A stretch of DNA of 63,879 bases, the filler included, from Lama guanicoe (Eukaryota): assembly GCA_013239625.1 (NCBI GenBank). It is 186 parts of 186 records of this genome, joined end to end, with 100 filler letters (N's around TTAATTAATTAA, not from the genome) between each part and the next. Parts side by side here need not be neighbours in the genome. Positions count along the whole stretch, not along the records: positions 49,188 to 49,431 come from PNXV01047203.1; positions 49,532 to 49,775 come from PNXV01047204.1; positions 49,876 to 50,119 come from PNXV01047205.1; positions 50,220 to 50,463 come from PNXV01047206.1; positions 50,564 to 50,807 come from PNXV01047207.1; positions 50,908 to 51,151 come from PNXV01047208.1; positions 51,252 to 51,495 come from PNXV01047209.1; positions 51,596 to 51,839 come from PNXV01047210.1; 178 more parts are not named here. One strand, written 5' to 3'. A program made the position numbers and the translations under genes. A model generated the notes under the pieces. It searched no databases. It was not told the origin of the DNA and was given only the letters and a program-made list of their open reading frames with translations. How positions within the stretch are numbered: position 1 is the stretch's first letter; each line of letters begins with the position of its first letter. This document shows positions 49,194 through 60,439 of the stretch, piece after piece.

Positions 49194-49420
49194 AACAAGT
49201 CAAATGAACATCAACTGATGAACGGATAAATAAAATGTGTATATCACACAATGGAATATTTTATTTGGCAATAAAAATAAATGAAATATTGAAAAAATTG
49301 AAAATAAAAAATACTGAAATTCAAAAAAATGAATGAATATGAAATAATTTTTATTACCAATGTATGGATAATACCTCATTTTGTTTATCCATTCATCAGT
49401 TGATGTTCGTTTGGTTTGTT
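49194..49420. repeat. Inverted repeat of an L1M fragment (arms ~49194-49254 and ~49357-49420) with AT-rich spacer
   Basis: AACAAGTCAAATGAACATCAACTGATGAACGGATAAATAAAATG versus the reverse complement of the right arm, AACAAACCAAACGAACATCAACTGATGAATGGATAAACAAAATG. Confidence 0.85.
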
Positions 49421-49531
49421 TTATTTTTTTTNNNNNNNNNNNNNNNNNNNNNNNNNNNNNNNNNNNNNNNNNNNNTTAATTAATTAANNNNNNNNNNNNN
49501 NNNNNNNNNNNNNNNNNNNNNNNNNNNNNNN

Positions 49532-49775
49532 ATAGGATGCAGCAAAAGCAGTTCTAACAATAAAATTTACAGTGACACAAGCTTACCCAAGGAAATAAGA
49601 AAAAGTCTCAAATAAACAACTAGAGAAAGAAGAATGAACAAAACCCAAAGTTAGTAGGAGGAAAGAAATCATAAAGATAAAAGTAGAAATAGAGAATAAA
49701 AAGAACAACAGAAAAGATCAATTAAACTAAAAGCTAGTTCTTTGAAAAGATAAACAAAATTGATGAACATTTAGC
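49532..49775 (+). mobile_element. LINE-1 ORF2 fragment, disrupted
   Basis: GGATGCAGCAAAAGCAGTTCTAA...TCTCAAATAAACAAC...AAACCCAAAGTTAGTAG...TTCTTTGAAAAGATAAACAAAATTGAT. Confidence 0.9.
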
Positions 49776-50563
49776 NNNNNNNNNNNNNNNNNNNNNNNNN
49801 NNNNNNNNNNNNNNNNNNNTTAATTAATTAANNNNNNNNNNNNNNNNNNNNNNNNNNNNNNNNNNNNNNNNNNNNGTCAGCGATTTGGTAGGGAGATTAA
49901 ACATGGACTTCTGTGAACAGTCTATGAGGGTTAAACTGTTTGCAGGCTGGGATGTCTTACGTCTCGCGCACATGTGCCGCCTGGCCTCCCGGTCACACTC
50001 AGGCCTCGGGACAGAAGGCAGGGGAGTGACCAGCGTCCAGCGCTGCAGCCACGTTTCCCGGGTGGCGGCAGGCCGGCAAGGGGCGCCTGGAGCGGGAGGG
50101 CCGGGGCCGGCTGCTGGCGNNNNNNNNNNNNNNNNNNNNNNNNNNNNNNNNNNNNNNNNNNNNTTAATTAATTAANNNNNNNNNNNNNNNNNNNNNNNNN
50201 NNNNNNNNNNNNNNNNNNNTGCGGTGAATCTCTTTACAAGGAGCCTTTAAAGCCACCTCCTGTTACCTTGCATGACTGCTTCCTGGGATGCTGCCCCCAC
50301 GTCCAAGGGTGGTATCGCTCGGGGCCTCGCCCTAGGTCTTGGAGCTGTTGTGTCCCCAGCTGGGGCTGGAGCCCAGGGTCGTGAGCGGCTGGGGAGGTGG
50401 GGTGTGCACCGGGCCCTGCAGTCTGATTTCAGTGTCTGCACGTTTTGTCTTGTTTTCTCCCACNNNNNNNNNNNNNNNNNNNNNNNNNNNNNNNNNNNNN
50501 NNNNNNNTTAATTAATTAANNNNNNNNNNNNNNNNNNNNNNNNNNNNNNNNNNNNNNNNNNNN

Positions 50564-50807
50564 AATGATGCAGAACAAGCATTTGACAAAATTCAATATC
50601 CATTCATGATAATAACTCCTAAAATATTAGGTATAGAAGGAACATAATAAACACCATATATAACAAGCCCACAGCTAACATTATACTGAAAGGTGATAAG
50701 CTGAAAACATTTCATCTAAAATCAGGAACATAACAAGGATGCCTATTCTCACCAATTTTATTCAGCATAATACTGGAATTGCTAGCTGACAATTATGCAA
50801 GAAAAAA
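50564..50807 (+). mobile_element. LINE-1 ORF2 reverse-transcriptase fragment, disrupted
   Basis: GATGCAGAACAAGCATTTGACAAAATTCAA...CCCACAGCTAACATTATACTGAA...TCAGGAACATAACAAGGATGCC. Confidence 0.9.
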
Positions 50808-51251
50808 NNNNNNNNNNNNNNNNNNNNNNNNNNNNNNNNNNNNNNNNNNNNTTAATTAATTAANNNNNNNNNNNNNNNNNNNNNNNNNNNNNNNNNNNNN
50901 NNNNNNNGAGGGCTCAGGATCTTCAGGTCAATGTGGACACGTGGGGATGGAGGAGACAAAGGACAATGTGTAGAAAAATGCAGAAACACCCCTGACTTTA
51001 CATGAACTGAAGTTCTGTCAAAGTCTCTTTCTGAGATTCGGACTCATATGTGGGCACTGACTTGCATGTGACCAGGGCTGGGCCTGGGCTGTGAGGGCAG
51101 GTGGGGAGATGGGGCATCAGATTCCTTTGCCAGCAGGTCTCTAAGAGGCAGNNNNNNNNNNNNNNNNNNNNNNNNNNNNNNNNNNNNNNNNNNNNTTAAT
51201 TAATTAANNNNNNNNNNNNNNNNNNNNNNNNNNNNNNNNNNNNNNNNNNNN

Positions 51252-51495
51252 TTTTGAAATGGATGAACGAACATGTCTCCACATGCTTTGTTATGGGAGA
51301 TATGTGTGTGCGAAAGCTGTCCTTCAACTCTCTTGAAAGGAACACAAAGATCTTTTCAGTTGCAAACTCCACTACATACAAATATATGGGTAGGTACAAG
51401 CTGCAACCCGGTTTTACATGGAAAACTGCAGGAACTATAAACTGGCACTAGGAAACACACTGACAAACCAGAGTAAGTGTTTCCTCAGAAAAATG
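51252..51495 (+). repeat. ~250-bp satellite monomer, copy 3
   Basis: GGATGAACGAACATGTCTCCACATGCT...GAGATATGTGTGTG...GAAAACTGCAGGAA...GGCACTAGGAAAC...GAGTAAG, colinear with copies 1 and 2. Confidence 0.85.
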
Positions 51496-52627
51496 NNNNN
51501 NNNNNNNNNNNNNNNNNNNNNNNNNNNNNNNNNNNNNNNTTAATTAATTAANNNNNNNNNNNNNNNNNNNNNNNNNNNNNNNNNNNNNNNNNNNNTGCAT
51601 CCACTTTTACTAGACTATCCTTATCATCACATAAACATGCTGTATTTCTCATCTAAAGGAGAAAAATGCTCTTAATTCTCACACTTCCTCTCTGCTCCTC
51701 TTTTTCTAGTTCACTTTATAGCAAAACTCATGAGAAATGTTGCCCAGCCGTCTTCTGTAATCAGTCACACTGTACTTTCATCCCAGTAATGCCACTAAGG
51801 TTGGGGGAGGGGCTCTCTTGACATTATAGCCGAGAATTTNNNNNNNNNNNNNNNNNNNNNNNNNNNNNNNNNNNNNNNNNNNNTTAATTAATTAANNNNN
51901 NNNNNNNNNNNNNNNNNNNNNNNNNNNNNNNNNNNNNNNTCAAAATTGATAGTACAATAATAGCAAGTTCATCTGAAAATACAGATGACTAAATTATCAT
52001 CAGGAAATCTACTTTAACAAAAGATAGGCATGGTTTAATGTAAATGGGTAAATGCAGATAGGTCCCTGGGAAAGAATGCCTTCTAAATCCTGAGGACAGA
52101 CTTCCTAGGCCAGTTGAGAAGCTCCTTCATTTCGGTGCCCAACTTGGCTCTAAGTTGAAGTCAGTCCTCCAAGACCTGAGAAANNNNNNNNNNNNNNNNN
52201 NNNNNNNNNNNNNNNNNNNNNNNNNNNTTAATTAATTAANNNNNNNNNNNNNNNNNNNNNNNNNNNNNNNNNNNNNNNNNNNNGAATGGGGAATGAGTAT
52301 GATCAACGAGGCCGAGTCAACCGGATCACACGTGCCCTCCCTTCCTGCCTTGGTGCAGAAGCAGAGTTTGTTAGCTGAAATGAACACCCCCAGAGCAGCC
52401 CTGACGGGAAAGATCCCAGCGCTGCAAGGCGAGGCGTGTTATTTTCCTTCTCAGAGCTGATCACAGTGTGCAGTCGTATGTTTTTACATTTATCCCTTTA
52501 GTACCTGCTTCTCCTCCGGAGTTTTTGNNNNNNNNNNNNNNNNNNNNNNNNNNNNNNNNNNNNNNNNNNNNTTAATTAATTAANNNNNNNNNNNNNNNNN
52601 NNNNNNNNNNNNNNNNNNNNNNNNNNN

Positions 52628-52734
52628 TGCCAGGCTGGGCCTGCGGCCGGCCCGCCGCCGCCGCCGCCGGCCGCCCTCCAGCCACGCCGAGCACGGCCTC
52701 GCCTCCGCGCTCCACCGCCTGCGGCCCAGCCTCC
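52628..52734. other. CpG/GCC-rich 5'-UTR-like segment abruptly joined to AT-rich DNA (candidate retrocopy 5' junction on the minus strand)
   Basis: (GCC)n-containing, very GC-rich block ends sharply at ...CCCAGCCTCC|ACATTGCATTGCAGTTAATACAATTTT. Confidence 0.45.
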
Positions 52735-53344
52735 ACATTGCATTGCAGTTAATACAATTTTATCTGGAGACCAATACTCATTGTTTGTGTGATCAATGAA
52801 AATCCATCAATGTATGATAGAACGAATGCAAATAAAAATGAGACTATTTTTCACCTCATCTTCTCTTCTTANNNNNNNNNNNNNNNNNNNNNNNNNNNNN
52901 NNNNNNNNNNNNNNNTTAATTAATTAANNNNNNNNNNNNNNNNNNNNNNNNNNNNNNNNNNNNNNNNNNNNATGAACCATGCTGTACACTGTATACAACA
53001 TTGTAAAGTGACTATATTTCAATAAAAAGCAAACAAAAAACACGGTAATCTCATCACCTGTTTCTTTGTTGCTCTGTATTCTGGTTGTCATCAACTATTT
53101 ATATTTTATAGTTTCCTGACAGCTCCTCTGGGCTTTATACACAGATTTTATAGTTGCATTTAAAGGAAAATACAGGGCAGAGTATGCTTACTTCATCTTA
53201 CCCAGAACCAGAACCNNNNNNNNNNNNNNNNNNNNNNNNNNNNNNNNNNNNNNNNNNNNTTAATTAATTAANNNNNNNNNNNNNNNNNNNNNNNNNNNNN
53301 NNNNNNNNNNNNNNNATAGGCGTATGCTTACCTCGTAAGACGCT

Positions 53345-53559
53345 GCCAAGCTGCTTCCCAAAGGAAGAAGGTGGCTGTGCGTTCCCACTGGCAGTGAAGA
53401 TTTCTGGTTGCACCACATCTTCACCAACTTGAATATTATCAATCTTAAATTTGAGCCGTTCTGAGGGTTGCATCCTGGGGTCTCACTCTGATTTTAACTT
53501 GCATTTCCCTGGTGGCCAATGATGTTGAGCATCTTTCCATGTGTTTATTGGTCATTCAT
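53345..53559 (-). mobile_element. Old LINE-1 ORF2 fragment
   Basis: TTCCCACTGGCAGTG...CCACATCTTCACCAAC...TTTTAACTTGCATTTCCCTG...AATGATGTTGAGCATCTTTCCATGTG. Confidence 0.8.
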
Positions 53560-54004
53560 NNNNNNNNNNNNNNNNNNNNNNNNNNNNNNNNNNNNNNNNN
53601 NNNTTAATTAATTAANNNNNNNNNNNNNNNNNNNNNNNNNNNNNNNNNNNNNNNNNNNNTAGAAATATGATATATACTAAATTGTCATTTAAAATAAATG
53701 TATATAGTCAGAAAGCAAGAGTGAGAATACATACATTCAAAAATTAAGAATTAAACCAAAAAGTATGGATTTGATGGTTGGCACTACAGGTGATTTTTAC
53801 CTGCTTTCCATAGTTCCAAATTTTTCAGATTCCGCCTAATTAGATGTACTATGTTCAAGAAAATAAAGTGAAATTCAAACTTTTAAAGGCCCCGGGTAGC
53901 CATNNNNNNNNNNNNNNNNNNNNNNNNNNNNNNNNNNNNNNNNNNNNTTAATTAATTAANNNNNNNNNNNNNNNNNNNNNNNNNNNNNNNNNNNNNNNNN
54001 NNNG

Positions 54005-54097
54005 ACACTTAACCCTATTATTTATAGCTTGAGAAACAAAGAGGTAACGGGGGCCTTGAGAAGAGTAACTCAGAGAATCTGCTCTAAGAAAATTTAG
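54005..54097 (+). CDS. Olfactory receptor C-terminus (OR2L-like) with stop codon
   Basis: TLNPIIYSLRNKEVTGALRRVTQRICSKKI*; canonical NPxIYSLRN motif. Too short for the ORF track. Confidence 0.9.
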   Translation, partial: TLNPIIYSLRNKEVTGALRRVTQRICSKKI

Positions 54098-55035
54098 ACA
54101 AAGTTTTTACATGAGTACCAAGAGTTGGATATAAATCCATTCATCAGTGTACAGTAATTAAAATATTATTTTATCATTAAATGCAAGGACTACAATTAAC
54201 CTAGAGAAGAAAATCACTCATTTGCCTGGATGAAATTGTATATATATNNNNNNNNNNNNNNNNNNNNNNNNNNNNNNNNNNNNNNNNNNNNTTAATTAAT
54301 TAANNNNNNNNNNNNNNNNNNNNNNNNNNNNNNNNNNNNNNNNNNNNGTCTTGAACATGAAGAAATAAGTATTGGTGGGATTGAGAGGGTCTTGGGAGTC
54401 CCATGGCTCCTTCGGAAGCTTTTTTTCCGATGGTAAAATTGAAATGACACTGCGTCGAGAATTGTCAACCCCAGGAAGGGCTGTGCTCTCTCCTTGTCCA
54501 TGAAGTATTTAGAAATGGGCCGAGAGGGTCTAGAAGGGTGATGCCCTAGAAGCAGTAAGCACTCAGATCTTGGCTTCTAAATACCATTATCNNNNNNNNN
54601 NNNNNNNNNNNNNNNNNNNNNNNNNNNNNNNNNNNTTAATTAATTAANNNNNNNNNNNNNNNNNNNNNNNNNNNNNNNNNNNNNNNNNNNNTTGCTTGAG
54701 AAGCAATTCCTGATGTCCACCTGGTGACGAGGCCCCCAGGGGAAAGCTGGCCACGGGAGGAGAGCCCCCGTGCCCTGCCTCCCCGCATCGCCTGCCTCCG
54801 TGAGCGCCAGAGTGCTGATGCCCGTGCCTGAACCACCCCACTGCCAACTCGGGAGCTTTACCCAAGAGGGTCCACGGGGCTTTCCATGTTCCCTTGAGAA
54901 AACACCAGAAGGTCTGTAGGTGGAGCCCGAGTGATNNNNNNNNNNNNNNNNNNNNNNNNNNNNNNNNNNNNNNNNNNNNTTAATTAATTAANNNNNNNNN
55001 NNNNNNNNNNNNNNNNNNNNNNNNNNNNNNNNNNN

Positions 55036-55180
55036 ACTATATTCAATTTCTTGTAATAAGCTATAATGGGAAAGAATCTGAAAACATATATATATAAATG
55101 TATGTATATGTATACCTGAAACACTTGGCTGCACACCTGAAACTAATATTGTACATCAACTACACTTCAATAAAAATTAA
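55036..55180 (+). mobile_element. LINE-1 3' terminus
   Basis: ACTATATTCAA..TCTTGTAATAA..TATAATGGGAAAGAATCTGAAAA...CACCTGAAACTAA...CAACTACACTTCAATAAAAA. Confidence 0.88.
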
Positions 55181-55379
55181 ATTTTAAAAGTCTTTCCCCA
55201 AAGAAATCTCCATGCCTAAATGGTTTTCCTTGCAAATTATAGAAAACATGTAAAAACAATCATTCTACACAATTTCTTCNNNNNNNNNNNNNNNNNNNNN
55301 NNNNNNNNNNNNNNNNNNNNNNNTTAATTAATTAANNNNNNNNNNNNNNNNNNNNNNNNNNNNNNNNNNNNNNNNNNNN

Positions 55380-55623
55380 ATACCAATACACACATAATGG
55401 GAGCACCAGAAGGAAGGAGAGAAAAAAAAGGGGTAGAAAGAATATATAAATAAATAATGGCTGAAAACTCCCCAAATTTTATGAAAACATTAATTTGTAC
55501 ATCCCAGCAGCTCAGCAAACTCCACGTGGTATAAACCTAGACACATCTAAAATAGGCATATCAGGCTCAGTGTTTCAAAAGACAAGAACAAAGAATCTTG
55601 ACAGCAGAAAGAGAAAAGTGGCT
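55380..55623 (+). mobile_element. Old LINE-1 ORF1 fragment
   Basis: ACCAATACACACATAATGGGAG..CCAGAAGGA...AATAATGGCTGAAAACTCCCCAAATTT...AGCTCAGCAAACTCC. Confidence 0.8.
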
Positions 55624-56207
55624 NNNNNNNNNNNNNNNNNNNNNNNNNNNNNNNNNNNNNNNNNNNNTTAATTAATTAANNNNNNNNNNNNNNNNNNNNN
55701 NNNNNNNNNNNNNNNNNNNNNNNTCCACGTGCTGGCATTGTATGAAGCAGAATTCTTACAACTTCTATAAAGTAGGTTTTATTGTACCCCTTGCTTTAGA
55801 GCCGAGGACAAGTTAAGTAGCTGTGTCAGTTCATGAAGTGACTGGGGGGCAGGGCAGGGACTGGAAGCCCCCAGCACACCAATTTCAGGACCCATGCCCT
55901 TAACCACCGCTCCTCCTCGCCCCAGAGCCAGGAGGGGCAGGACAGAACCCAATGCCACCAACACCAANNNNNNNNNNNNNNNNNNNNNNNNNNNNNNNNN
56001 NNNNNNNNNNNTTAATTAATTAANNNNNNNNNNNNNNNNNNNNNNNNNNNNNNNNNNNNNNNNNNNNGCAGAGAGCCCGGAGCTGATGAAGCCAAGCAGG
56101 CACGGTGCAGTGGCTGCCTTCAGGTGACTGGCAGGTCAAGGGTGGACAGCCCTGAGGATACACTTGCCAGGAACGAAGATGTCTGCAAACATTTGCTTGA
56201 AGGTGTC

Positions 56208-56311
56208 TGTGTTGCAGAAAATACGTGTTACAGCTCAGTTGTGACAGCAACCTGGATTTGGGCGAGAAACCAAGCAGCTCTCAGAGTTGGAGAACTCAGG
56301 TTTATTACCCA
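56208..56311 (-). mobile_element. ERV LTR 3' end (R/U5)
   Basis: TG-start...ACAGCTCAGTT...AACCTGGATTTG...AAACCAAGCAGC...GAGTTGGAGAACTCAGGTTTATT (AATAAA on the minus strand); resembles recalled artiodactyl ERV LTR ends. Confidence 0.6.
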
Positions 56312-57919
56312 NNNNNNNNNNNNNNNNNNNNNNNNNNNNNNNNNNNNNNNNNNNNTTAATTAATTAANNNNNNNNNNNNNNNNNNNNNNNNNNNNNNNNN
56401 NNNNNNNNNNNCACTTCCCTTCTCGTGCTCTGTGGGTTCTCACACAGTCACACACTGTCCGCATGGACCATGAGAGGTGGGACGATGGAAATTTCCCGAG
56501 AGGGGATCCTCTGGTGCCCACCCTGTCCTTGCACAGATTTTCCAGCCTGTCTGTGGCAGCTCTGGCCAACTGAGGGTCCGAGGTCCTGTTTTCCTCATTG
56601 CATTCAACAAATCTGCAAGGGGAACCTCTACCCCCCATGCACGCGTGTGGGCTGGNNNNNNNNNNNNNNNNNNNNNNNNNNNNNNNNNNNNNNNNNNNNT
56701 TAATTAATTAANNNNNNNNNNNNNNNNNNNNNNNNNNNNNNNNNNNNNNNNNNNNGTCCACACGCAGGCACCTGGGTGGCCCTCAGAAAGTGCTTTTTAG
56801 CCTGTGGCATCTCAGGTTACAAGTGAGAATGGAGAACAAGCTAATTCTACCTTTAGTCCAATTGTGCCCAGGAAACAAGGCCGAAGCCTGAGTGCGCTGC
56901 CACGCCCTGGGAGCGACTGAAGGGGCAGCCGCCTGGAAGGCCGTCGCTCTAGTCCTGCTCTTTTCCAGAGCGCTCACCAACGCCAGTAACCAGGGGCGCN
57001 NNNNNNNNNNNNNNNNNNNNNNNNNNNNNNNNNNNNNNNNNNNTTAATTAATTAANNNNNNNNNNNNNNNNNNNNNNNNNNNNNNNNNNNNNNNNNNNNA
57101 ACATACACAGATCCTCTCAAAGAATTATTAGATTATGTGCTCCAAAAAACAAACAAAAAAATGTAAATGCAGACAAACATTAGCGGGCCGATATCTCAGC
57201 AAACTTTATTCTTTGGCTTAAATTTCATTTTGGAACATACAATCTGGAAGTAAAACGCCAAATTTTCATAAAATAGTGGAAAGATGTGGTATAGTCCCTG
57301 TAGGACAACACAGATTGTGTATCCGTTTTCTGTGGCTATGGTGNNNNNNNNNNNNNNNNNNNNNNNNNNNNNNNNNNNNNNNNNNNNTTAATTAATTAAN
57401 NNNNNNNNNNNNNNNNNNNNNNNNNNNNNNNNNNNNNNNNNNNCCCTGCTTTCTTCCGAGCAGTCTTGATCTCAGCAACTCACAGAAAACGATGTCCGGG
57501 GTCTCTGACATAGGCTTCCAGGAAACGTTCATTTTGGCCTCAAACTATGTTCACAGAATGAATCTTCTTAGAATAATTCTTAGAATACAAATTTTTCGTT
57601 TTTTTTCAAATACCAAAAATCAAAATATTTATCCAAATATTAAAGGTCTTCCACAGTCTGGCTCAGTCCAATTATCCATGCTTTGCANNNNNNNNNNNNN
57701 NNNNNNNNNNNNNNNNNNNNNNNNNNNNNNNTTAATTAATTAANNNNNNNNNNNNNNNNNNNNNNNNNNNNNNNNNNNNNNNNNNNNAGGAGAATGAGTG
57801 TGGTGATCAGGGTCTCATTCCCTGAGACCACGCACCCAGCAGCATCCCCTGTGCTGAGCTGAGTTTCAGGGCCTGGCGGATCCCTGGATACCCGGGGGTC
57901 TGAGTCCTGGGATCAGCAC

Positions 57920-57965
57920 CTGTGCAGAGAGAGAGAAGAGTCAGCAGGAGGGGGTTCCAGGCCAT
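57920..57965 (-). CDS. IGLV: Immunoglobulin lambda variable (IGLV3-type) leader exon (L-PART1)
   Basis: Kozak CCACCATGG; 46-nt exon MAWNPLLLTLLSLCT-G|GTGCTG; upstream TAAGAGAGG TATA-like element at the contig end; intron follows. Confidence 0.85.
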
Positions 57966-59851
57966 GGTGGAGGTGCCCTGAGCTCTGCCTCTGTGCCCAC
58001 AGCTGGGGGTGGAGTCTCTGGCCCTCTCTTANNNNNNNNNNNNNNNNNNNNNNNNNNNNNNNNNNNNNNNNNNNNTTAATTAATTAANNNNNNNNNNNNN
58101 NNNNNNNNNNNNNNNNNNNNNNNNNNNNNNNCCTCATCACAGCTGATTTCCTAGACTAGATGTTGGGAGGGAGGATGCTGTAGAGAGTGAGAAGTAGCAA
58201 CTCCTAGGGATACTGAAGAGAGAGACAAAAACAGATTAAAGCCGATAAACTCAGTACAAATACCCTCAAAAGAGAAACAATCCCACAGTGTTTTGGGCCA
58301 CTTAGCGTAAAGGAAACAAAACCACATGGACCCAAAGCTCTTGAGCATGTGAGTATTGTGGGTGGGAAGGTGTCANNNNNNNNNNNNNNNNNNNNNNNNN
58401 NNNNNNNNNNNNNNNNNNNTTAATTAATTAANNNNNNNNNNNNNNNNNNNNNNNNNNNNNNNNNNNNNNNNNNNNTCATTATTTATATGACACATTGACT
58501 TCTGATTTGAGTGAGTTGTTTCACGGGATTGATTTGGAAGTGCCTCAGAAATTTTCTGTACTTTAAGGTTTTGAGGTTAGTTCTGCTTACTGTGCTGTTG
58601 CCATTAATCATGTAAAAATGAAGAATTTTACAGTGAAAACACAGCATAATATTTCACACTTTCTTTTTTAATGTTAGAGATTTCACATACTTCTTTAAGT
58701 AGATTTATCTGGTTCACCANNNNNNNNNNNNNNNNNNNNNNNNNNNNNNNNNNNNNNNNNNNNTTAATTAATTAANNNNNNNNNNNNNNNNNNNNNNNNN
58801 NNNNNNNNNNNNNNNNNNNGGCCTGGGCCTTGGGTTGTTGATGGCCCTGTTGGTGATCCGGACCCAGAGGGTGGAGGCACTGGGCTTGCGGACCTGTCGG
58901 GTAGGGGGAAGGGTGCAGCTTAGCCCTGGGATGGATAGCAGGCTGTTGGCTGTGTGCATGGGGCTCTGTGAGTAGCCTGGGTCCAGGCCAGGTGGGTGCA
59001 AGGATCCTGTTCACTTGTGCCAGGGGAAAAGGGAAGAGGGATGGGAACTCTGAAAGTTCCACGNNNNNNNNNNNNNNNNNNNNNNNNNNNNNNNNNNNNN
59101 NNNNNNNTTAATTAATTAANNNNNNNNNNNNNNNNNNNNNNNNNNNNNNNNNNNNNNNNNNNNTTTTTTCCCATAGTTGGGAATATGCCCTCTGAAGTGT
59201 TGAGACTGGTTACAGAACAGAACAGCCCGAGCTTCCATCAAGGTGCACTTTAGCAAGGATGGAGAGACGAAGACATTTCAGAAGCAGGATTCTTCTAAAA
59301 ACTGCGGCACAGGATTACTCTTCATCACGAGTTGTTGTTCCGTATATATTCATTGAAGGAACAAATTAAAAATCAGGAAAGTAGAGTTAAGGCTATCCAA
59401 AAAAAAANNNNNNNNNNNNNNNNNNNNNNNNNNNNNNNNNNNNNNNNNNNNTTAATTAATTAANNNNNNNNNNNNNNNNNNNNNNNNNNNNNNNNNNNNN
59501 NNNNNNNAGTACTCTTATCATTTGTAATGCGTTGCTGAAGAAGCTGGAGCTTAGAGAGGGGTAAGGGCTACACAGCTACCGTCTACACTGTGTTGTGACT
59601 CTGAGGGCTAGGAGTCTGTGAACCTTCTTTCGGCTTTGCCTTGTCAGGCTCTGCCAACACGGGGTAAAGGAGGAGGAGGAGGGACTTGCCCCTTCCCTTT
59701 GCTTCCGGTTCCTGTTGACATTCTCCCAGAGATGGCTCTTCCCTTCAAAGANNNNNNNNNNNNNNNNNNNNNNNNNNNNNNNNNNNNNNNNNNNNTTAAT
59801 TAATTAANNNNNNNNNNNNNNNNNNNNNNNNNNNNNNNNNNNNNNNNNNNN

Positions 59852-60068
59852 TCACTCTCCTCTTTCCCTACTATGATGGTATTTAAGCCTGAATTCCAAG
59901 CCCCTTTAGGGAGTGATTCATTTTCCCTCGGGGTAACCCCTGTGTTATATGAGGTATCCATGTTAATCAACTTCTGTTGGCTTTTCTCTTGTTAATCTGT
60001 ATTTTATTAATGCGGTCTCAGTAAAGAATTAAGAAGAATACAGGGAAAATTACCTTTCCTTCCTGACA
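59852..60068 (+). mobile_element. ERV1-type LTR 3' half ending in ...CA
   Basis: GGTATTTAAGCCTG (TATA-like)...CTTCTGTTGGCTTTTCTCTTGTTAATCTGT...GGGAAAATTACCTTTCCTTCCTGACA. Confidence 0.7.
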
Positions 60069-60224
60069 ATATCTATATCTACACACACACACACANNNNN
60101 NNNNNNNNNNNNNNNNNNNNNNNNNNNNNNNNNNNNNNNTTAATTAATTAANNNNNNNNNNNNNNNNNNNNNNNNNNNNNNNNNNNNNNNNNNNNTATGG
60201 CCTAGATACCAGAAGAAAAGCAGG

Positions 60225-60439
60225 CAATAAAGCCACCTGCAGGAATAACCAGATGTGAGAAAAGAAGCCATTATAAACATGTTCAAAGAAACAAAGGAAA
60301 CCATGTCTTTAGAACTAAAACATGATGACAGTGTCACATAACATAGAGAACATTAATAAAGAGACAACAATTATTAAAAATAACCAAATAGAAATTTTGG
60401 GGCTGAAAAGAGCAATAACTGAAATTTAAAAATTCACTA
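60225..60439 (+). mobile_element. Old LINE-1 ORF1 5' fragment
   Basis: GCCATTATAAACATGTTCAAAGAA...AACCAAATAGAAATTTTGGGGCTGAAAAG..CAATAACTGAAATTTAAAAATTCACTA. Confidence 0.8.

Noticed and set aside
54348..54530. Minus-strand open frame PSRPISKYFMDKERAQPF...
   Set aside because: No family recognised in any frame.
13964..57965. Apparent immune locus (TRBC, GBP and IGLV within 45 kb)
   Set aside because: Separate contigs; proximity is a product of size-sorted concatenation.
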